Assembly (NCBI GenBank): GCA_902825845.1
Contig: CADECM010000005.1
Coordinates: 5,048 to 69,047 of the forward strand
DNA length: 64,000 nt
DNA from: an uncultured beta proteobacterium
Lineage (GTDB): Bacteria > Pseudomonadota > Gammaproteobacteria > Burkholderiales > SG8-41
Direction: 5' to 3'
Shown here: piece by piece, positions 60,090 through 64,000 of the stretch
Numbering within the stretch: position 1 is the stretch's first letter
Layout: each line of letters opens with the position of its first letter
The notes under the pieces: model-generated
Database searches by the model: none
What the model saw: only the letters and a program-made list of their open reading frames with translations
What the model was told of the DNA's origin: nothing
Program-made: the position numbers and the translations under genes

Positions 60090-60470
60090 CTAGCTGGCGA
60101 GTCCGATCTGCTTTTTCTTTTCGCGCGCGGCCTTTTTTTGCTGCAATTCCAGCGCGGCGCGCTCCGCGTCGGCCTTGGCTTGGGCGTCGGCCTGCGCCTG
60201 CTTGAGTTGGCGCTGCAGATCGGGCCAGCGGGCTTTGCATTCCTCCCACGCCGCCGTGGCCGCGGCGGCTTCCTCGGGCGGCAGCGCACCGATGTAATTG
60301 GGCGCAAAATTGTACGCTGGCGGAACCCAGTTCTTGCGCGTTTCCTCGAATGGGGTCGCATCGCTGAAGCGAAAAAACTGCAGCACCTGATTCGGCCCGG
60401 AAGCATTGCCTTCGCCGCTGCGATCCAATACCACCCAGCCGTGTTCCTTGCTGTGTCCCCACCATTCCAT
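60090..60470 (-). CDS. Hypothetical protein (126 aa) with an Ala/Gln/Lys-rich helical tail
   Basis: The ATG at 60470 is preceded by CAGGAGATCGAC. No family was recognised. Confidence 0.5.
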   Translation of the reverse strand: MEWWGHSKEHGWVVLDRSGEGNASGPNQVLQFFRFSDATPFEETRKNWVPPAYNFAPNYIGALPPEEAAAATAAWEECKARWPDLQRQLKQAQADAQAKADAERAALELQQKKAAREKKKQIGLAS

Positions 60471-60684
60471 GTCGATCTCCTGTTGAATTGCGGACTGTCG
60501 GGGTTTGACCCTGCAGACCCGCATCCCGTTCGCCGTAAATCCCGCGAGCGGGTGACTTCGCGTTGGGGTATAAGTGCCGCACAATGTGCGTGCACCTTGA
60601 GTCGTGGCCGCAGCGCCCGAAAATCGGCACCCTGCGTGTCGCCCGTTTTGACCATGGTAACACCATATGGTCACTGCTTGTCGA

Positions 60685-61401
60685 TCACGCGCCAGGATCG
60701 GGAGATTCGATCGCATCAATCAACGACGCATCGTCATCGCGCGGGCGTTTGTCGCTACGAACCGGGTGGGCGGCGATCATGTCTTCGGGTGGGGGCTTGA
60801 GCAACGCCTCCAGCGCGGGCACGGCGTCAATCGAGGTGTCGAGCCAGAACGCTTCGTCTTCCCGCGCAATGATCACCGGCATGCGGTCATGCACCCGCGA
60901 CATCGCGCGGTTGGCCTCGCCCACGATAATGGTGCAGGATTCGATCACCTCATCCCCGCGATGCCAGCGGTCCCACAGTCCGGCGAAGCTGACGATGCCA
61001 CGATCCGGCTTGTGCAGCCACCACTTCATTTTTCCGCGCGGCGTCTCCTGCCACTCGAACCAGCCCAGCGCCGGAATCAAACAGCGCCGCTTGCGAAACG
61101 GCACGCGGTAACTCGCCGCGCCGGCCACCTTGTCAGTGCGCGCATTGAAGGTGCTGAACTTGATGCGCGGCTCCTTCGACCAGTACGGCAGCAGCCACCA
61201 CTGCATCGTCACCAGTTCCGTCGCGCCATGGGCGCCGTGGCGGATCACCGGCACATAGGCCGCGGGATTGCCCTGCTGCGGCGTGACGTTATAACGTTCC
61301 GCAAAATGCGCATCCGCCGGATAGGGATTGTTCTGTCCGCGCCCGAGGTGGTAGTGCCGCTCGATCGCGGCCTGATTGGGGGTTACGTAGCGGCCGCACA
61401 T
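60685..61401 (-). CDS. SOS response-associated peptidase (SRAP/YedK family)
   Basis: N-terminal MCGRY (catalytic Cys2), NARTDKV, RRCLIPALGWFEW and DRMPVI. Confidence 0.9.
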   Translation of the reverse strand: MCGRYVTPNQAAIERHYHLGRGQNNPYPADAHFAERYNVTPQQGNPAAYVPVIRHGAHGATELVTMQWWLLPYWSKEPRIKFSTFNARTDKVAGAASYRVPFRKRRCLIPALGWFEWQETPRGKMKWWLHKPDRGIVSFAGLWDRWHRGDEVIESCTIIVGEANRAMSRVHDRMPVIIAREDEAFWLDTSIDAVPALEALLKPPPEDMIAAHPVRSDKRPRDDDASLIDAIESPDPGA

Positions 61402-61689
61402 AACAGAATTCTACGCAAGAACTCGCTTTCGCCATTTATTTGCCAGAATGGATTTGGATTGGCGTGTCAGTTTCCAGACTAGACAAGCATCCAACGCTTA
61501 CGAACCCTGCAATCAGATTGTCAAGTTTGATAGAAATTTCAATCTTGTGACGATCGCTGCCCATGAAGTGCGCCAGCGCCGAGTAGCCGGAGCTGGGCTC
61601 GCGGCCTACCATCGCCTTTGCAAGATAAGCGCAATCCAGCTCCCTGCCTTCCCCTACGCGAATAGCCTGTGTTCAAATTTAAAATAATA

Positions 61690-61707
61690 TTTAAAAACAA
61701 CTACTTA
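61690..61707 (+). repeat. AT-rich motif, copy M
   Basis: TTTAAAAACAACTACTTA. Lies 12 nt upstream of the 25-bp palindrome. Confidence 0.8.
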
Positions 61708-61718
61708 CAATTCAATTG

Positions 61719-61743
61719 TATTGTATCAAATTTTGATACAATA
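61719..61743. promoter_or_regulatory. Perfect 25-bp palindrome (candidate operator) just upstream of the winged-helix gene
   Basis: TATTGTATCAAA-T-TTTGATACAATA has 12-bp arms and ends 6 nt before the ATG at 61750. Confidence 0.5.
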
Positions 61744-61749
61744 AACTTT

Positions 61750-62349
61750 ATGCCGCTGCAATTAGACAATTTTAATGATCTCACCGGCCCAGCACGTGGG
61801 CGACTAATGCATGCCCTGCGCTCCGCTCCGGACGAGGGCGTGCACTTGCGCGAACTGGCCCGCGCAGCGGACCTGTCATTATCGTCGGTGCAGCGTGAGT
61901 TGGCGCGCCTGACTTCGCTTGGCGTGTTGCAGCGGCGTCATGCGGGCAATCGCGTATTGCTGCGGCTCAATCGTCGCGATGCATTTACCCGATTGCTATT
62001 GGCTGCAGCGCTGGCGCTTGGGTTGCGTGGCCGTTTTTTCTCCGACATGCCGGTCGACCGTGAGGCCGAATTGCTGCTTGCCGGACTGTGTGCACACATT
62101 CCGCCGGATGCCTTGCTCTGGCGCGAGTACGGCAACGTCGAGTTCCTCGCGGGGCTGGCGGTCATGCTGGCGGGGCACACGGGTTACGACCGCGCAGCCT
62201 ATCTTGCACTCGCAGAATCATTGCATCGGGGCGCAAGCACACCCGAGCAATACGATGCATGGTATCAAAAGTATCGGCCCGATTTCGCGCGGCTGCTGTC
62301 ATTGGTCGATCGTGAACGCAGAACCCATGCGCGATCTGACGATCAGTAA
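61750..62349 (+). CDS. Winged-helix DNA-binding protein (ArsR/AbiEi-like N-terminus)
   Basis: Contains GVHLRELARAADLSLSSVQRELARLTSLGVLQRRHAGNRVLLRLN, followed by a domain of about 110 aa that I could not assign. Confidence 0.68.
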   Translation: MPLQLDNFNDLTGPARGRLMHALRSAPDEGVHLRELARAADLSLSSVQRELARLTSLGVLQRRHAGNRVLLRLNRRDAFTRLLLAAALALGLRGRFFSDMPVDREAELLLAGLCAHIPPDALLWREYGNVEFLAGLAVMLAGHTGYDRAAYLALAESLHRGASTPEQYDAWYQKYRPDFARLLSLVDRERRTHARSDDQ

Positions 62350-62920
62350 ACGCGCCGACACTGCGTACGTCGAGGCCTTTCGCACACTGGCGTTGCGGGT
62401 TGCGCGTTCGGCGAAGGCTACCGCACAGGCGCCGATAACGATGTTCCTCGCCGGCGGTGCCGCCATGCATTTTTACACCGGTGCGCGCATGACTGACGAC
62501 GTAGATGCCGTGTTCGACCAAAAAATACTGGTGCCAGCCGATTCAACCGTGATATTTCGCGATACTCAAGGGAAAGCGCGCTCGGTGTATTTCGACATGA
62601 ATTACAACGAATCGTATGCCCTGTTGCATGAAGATGCACATAATGACGCCTGGCGCCTCACCCTCGGCGGCATGGATGCAGTGCGCGTGCTGGTACTGCA
62701 GCCGGTCGATCTGGCGATTTCCAAACTCTCACGATTTTCCGAGATCGACCGCGGCGACATTGTGCAACTTGCAAAGGATGGCCTGATCACTGCAACTGCA
62801 CTGCGACAGCGGGCCGAAGAGGCGCTGCCGGGTTACGTCGGCAATCTCGTTCCGTTGCGCACGTCGATTACCCTGGCGTGCCGGGATATTGAAGCCCTCG
62901 CGAACGATACCCATCCGTAG
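62327..62920 (+). CDS. Nucleotidyltransferase-fold protein (minimal NTase motif G-G-x12-DDVD)
   Basis: FLAGGAAMHFYTGARMTDDVDAVF fits the hG[GS]-x9-13-DxD polymerase-beta-type NTase signature. It overlaps the upstream gene by 23 nt. Confidence 0.6.
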   Translation: MRDLTISKRADTAYVEAFRTLALRVARSAKATAQAPITMFLAGGAAMHFYTGARMTDDVDAVFDQKILVPADSTVIFRDTQGKARSVYFDMNYNESYALLHEDAHNDAWRLTLGGMDAVRVLVLQPVDLAISKLSRFSEIDRGDIVQLAKDGLITATALRQRAEEALPGYVGNLVPLRTSITLACRDIEALANDTHP

Positions 62921-62956
62921 GCCAGTCAACCGCCGCAACGACACTCGGGAAAAGAA

Positions 62957-63637
62957 TTACGCGATGGCTGGCGGCTTTTGCACCATGAATTGCAGCATGT
63001 ACGCGTCGCGCTCAACACCCGTGGCACCCGCCGCGCAACCGTTGTCCGCCAGCGACACATCCGACAACAGCGCCTCACCCGCCCCCTCGACGGCGGCCAG
63101 CGTGAAACCCTCCACCATCACGATCCAGTTGGGGATGGTGGTTGGGCGGCCCTGCCGTTCCACCGGCGTCATCGCACTCGCGTTCTGGTCTGCAACGATC
63201 AGATGCGCACCAGCGATATCCACGCGCTGTGCGATCTGCGGCAGGGCTTGCTGTGCGAGAAAGTGTTCCAGCGCGTCTCCACCGCCCGCCAGCGGTTCAA
63301 AGCGCAACGTCAGCGCGCAGCCGCCGGTGGCCGGACCGAACGACGCGCGCACGCGTGACAAACCGCGCACGCTGTCATGCACGACCGGCGTGGTGCGCAG
63401 GGTGAGCGGGCTGGGGTTGTTGGCCTTGGCCAGGTAGTCGGGCCCGGTCAGCACGTCGAGGTCGGCGACCTCGTACATCGTCAGAAAACCGCGCGTTGCT
63501 TTTTCAGGATATGCCGCAATGTAACGCCGTCCTCGCAGGAAACCGGGAATGGCAACGCGCCCCACCATGTGTTCATGGCAATGCCACGCGTCGTAGGCCG
63601 GGCGGTTTTCCGGCGCCACGTTGTTCCAGTTGATCAT
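62957..63637 (-). CDS. Hypothetical protein
   Basis: Intact ORF with coding-like composition (MINWNNVAPENRPAYDAWHCHEHM...). No confident family. The start is 63637 or 63658. Confidence 0.5.
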   Translation of the reverse strand: MINWNNVAPENRPAYDAWHCHEHMVGRVAIPGFLRGRRYIAAYPEKATRGFLTMYEVADLDVLTGPDYLAKANNPSPLTLRTTPVVHDSVRGLSRVRASFGPATGGCALTLRFEPLAGGGDALEHFLAQQALPQIAQRVDIAGAHLIVADQNASAMTPVERQGRPTTIPNWIVMVEGFTLAAVEGAGEALLSDVSLADNGCAAGATGVERDAYMLQFMVQKPPAIA

Positions 63638-63782
63638 GATGCCGCGTCCCAGTAGCACGTGAGTTTCTCCTGAATTTCGAGTATCGCCGCGCCGTCATGG
63701 CTTATTGCGGCAAAGTGATTGAAGGATGCCTCAACCGGCTATAGCATGACAATCCTTTCTCTCGTTCCAGCAGGCGCGCGCC

Positions 63783-64000
63783 ATGTCCACTGAAGTCCGT
63801 TCCAACCAGCGTACCGGTCCCGATCGCGAACTGACTGATATTGCCGACGACGTGCTGGGTTATCGCCTGAAGAGCCGGAACGTGCTTGACATTGCGCGCC
63901 TGCGCATGACCGATACGCTGGCGTGCGCGCTGGATGCACTGGACTATCCCGACTGCACCAAGCTGTTGGGCCCGGTGATCCCCGGCACGGTGGTGCCGCT
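63783..64000 (+). CDS. prpD: 2-methylcitrate dehydratase PrpD, N-terminal part (runs off the window)
   Basis: My own translation is MSTEVRSNQRTGPDRELTDIADDVLGYRL...DTLACALDALDYPDCTKLLGPVIPGTVVP. It parallels the E. coli PrpD N-terminus (DREIVDIVDYV...[29 protein letters not shown]) as I recall it. Confidence 0.85.
   Translation, partial: MSTEVRSNQRTGPDRELTDIADDVLGYRLKSRNVLDIARLRMTDTLACALDALDYPDCTKLLGPVIPGTVVP

Noticed and set aside
59816-60655. The upstream extension of the usp ORF (track ORF 59330-60655).
   Set aside because: It is Arg/Pro/Ala-rich and low-complexity, and it overlaps the better-supported 60090-60470 ORF. The USP domain starts at MFKHILMPTDGS.
61436-61687. Two overlapping small ORFs upstream of the wHTH gene: 61448-61687(+), 79 aa, and a 58-aa minus-strand ORF at 61436-61612.
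   Set aside because: Neither has an RBS or a recognisable motif, and they overlap each other. This may be a gene remnant, but I cannot support a call.

Overview
GC-rich chromosomal segment, roughly two-thirds G+C by eye. Gene content and order look like a betaproteobacterium of the Burkholderiales type. This taxonomic call is an inference from gene content only: six Bug/TctC-type periplasmic binding proteins, and the runs lipB-lipA, dacC-dat-ybeD, argB-slmA, and gpmI-rhodanese-grx-secB-gpsA. I found no rRNA, tRNA, CRISPR array, transposase or integrase. Most of the window is housekeeping or catabolic: c-di-GMP enzymes, sulfite reductase and siroheme genes, lipoate synthesis, cell-envelope enzymes, an ECF sigma/anti-sigma pair, a small heat-shock protein and a multi-PAS histidine kinase. 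Five things deserve a second look. (1) A full-length glutaredoxin gene has an in-frame TGA exactly where the first Cys of the CPYC active site belongs, with a hairpin 9 nt downstream. It is either a selenoprotein candidate or a very recent pseudogene. (2) One protein fuses a TIR domain to two pterin-4a-carbinolamine dehydratase (PCD/DCoH)-like domains. It sits between a SAM methyltransferase and a long tyrosinase, in an accessory-looking stretch next to chrA-padR. (3) An ~18-nt AT-rich motif, TTTAAAAWCAANNNNTTA, occurs 13 times on both strands. It matches or nearly matches the IHF consensus WATCAANNNNTTR, usually lies within 15 nt of a stop codon, and once is written into the lipA coding sequence with rare codons. 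(4) A winged-helix plus nucleotidyltransferase-fold gene pair sits behind a perfect 25-bp palindrome, resembling an AbiE-type toxin-antitoxin module. (5) A low-GC methyltransferase lies between the cysI-DUF934-cobA genes and cbiX. All product calls come from reading the supplied translations for family motifs. No database search was run.
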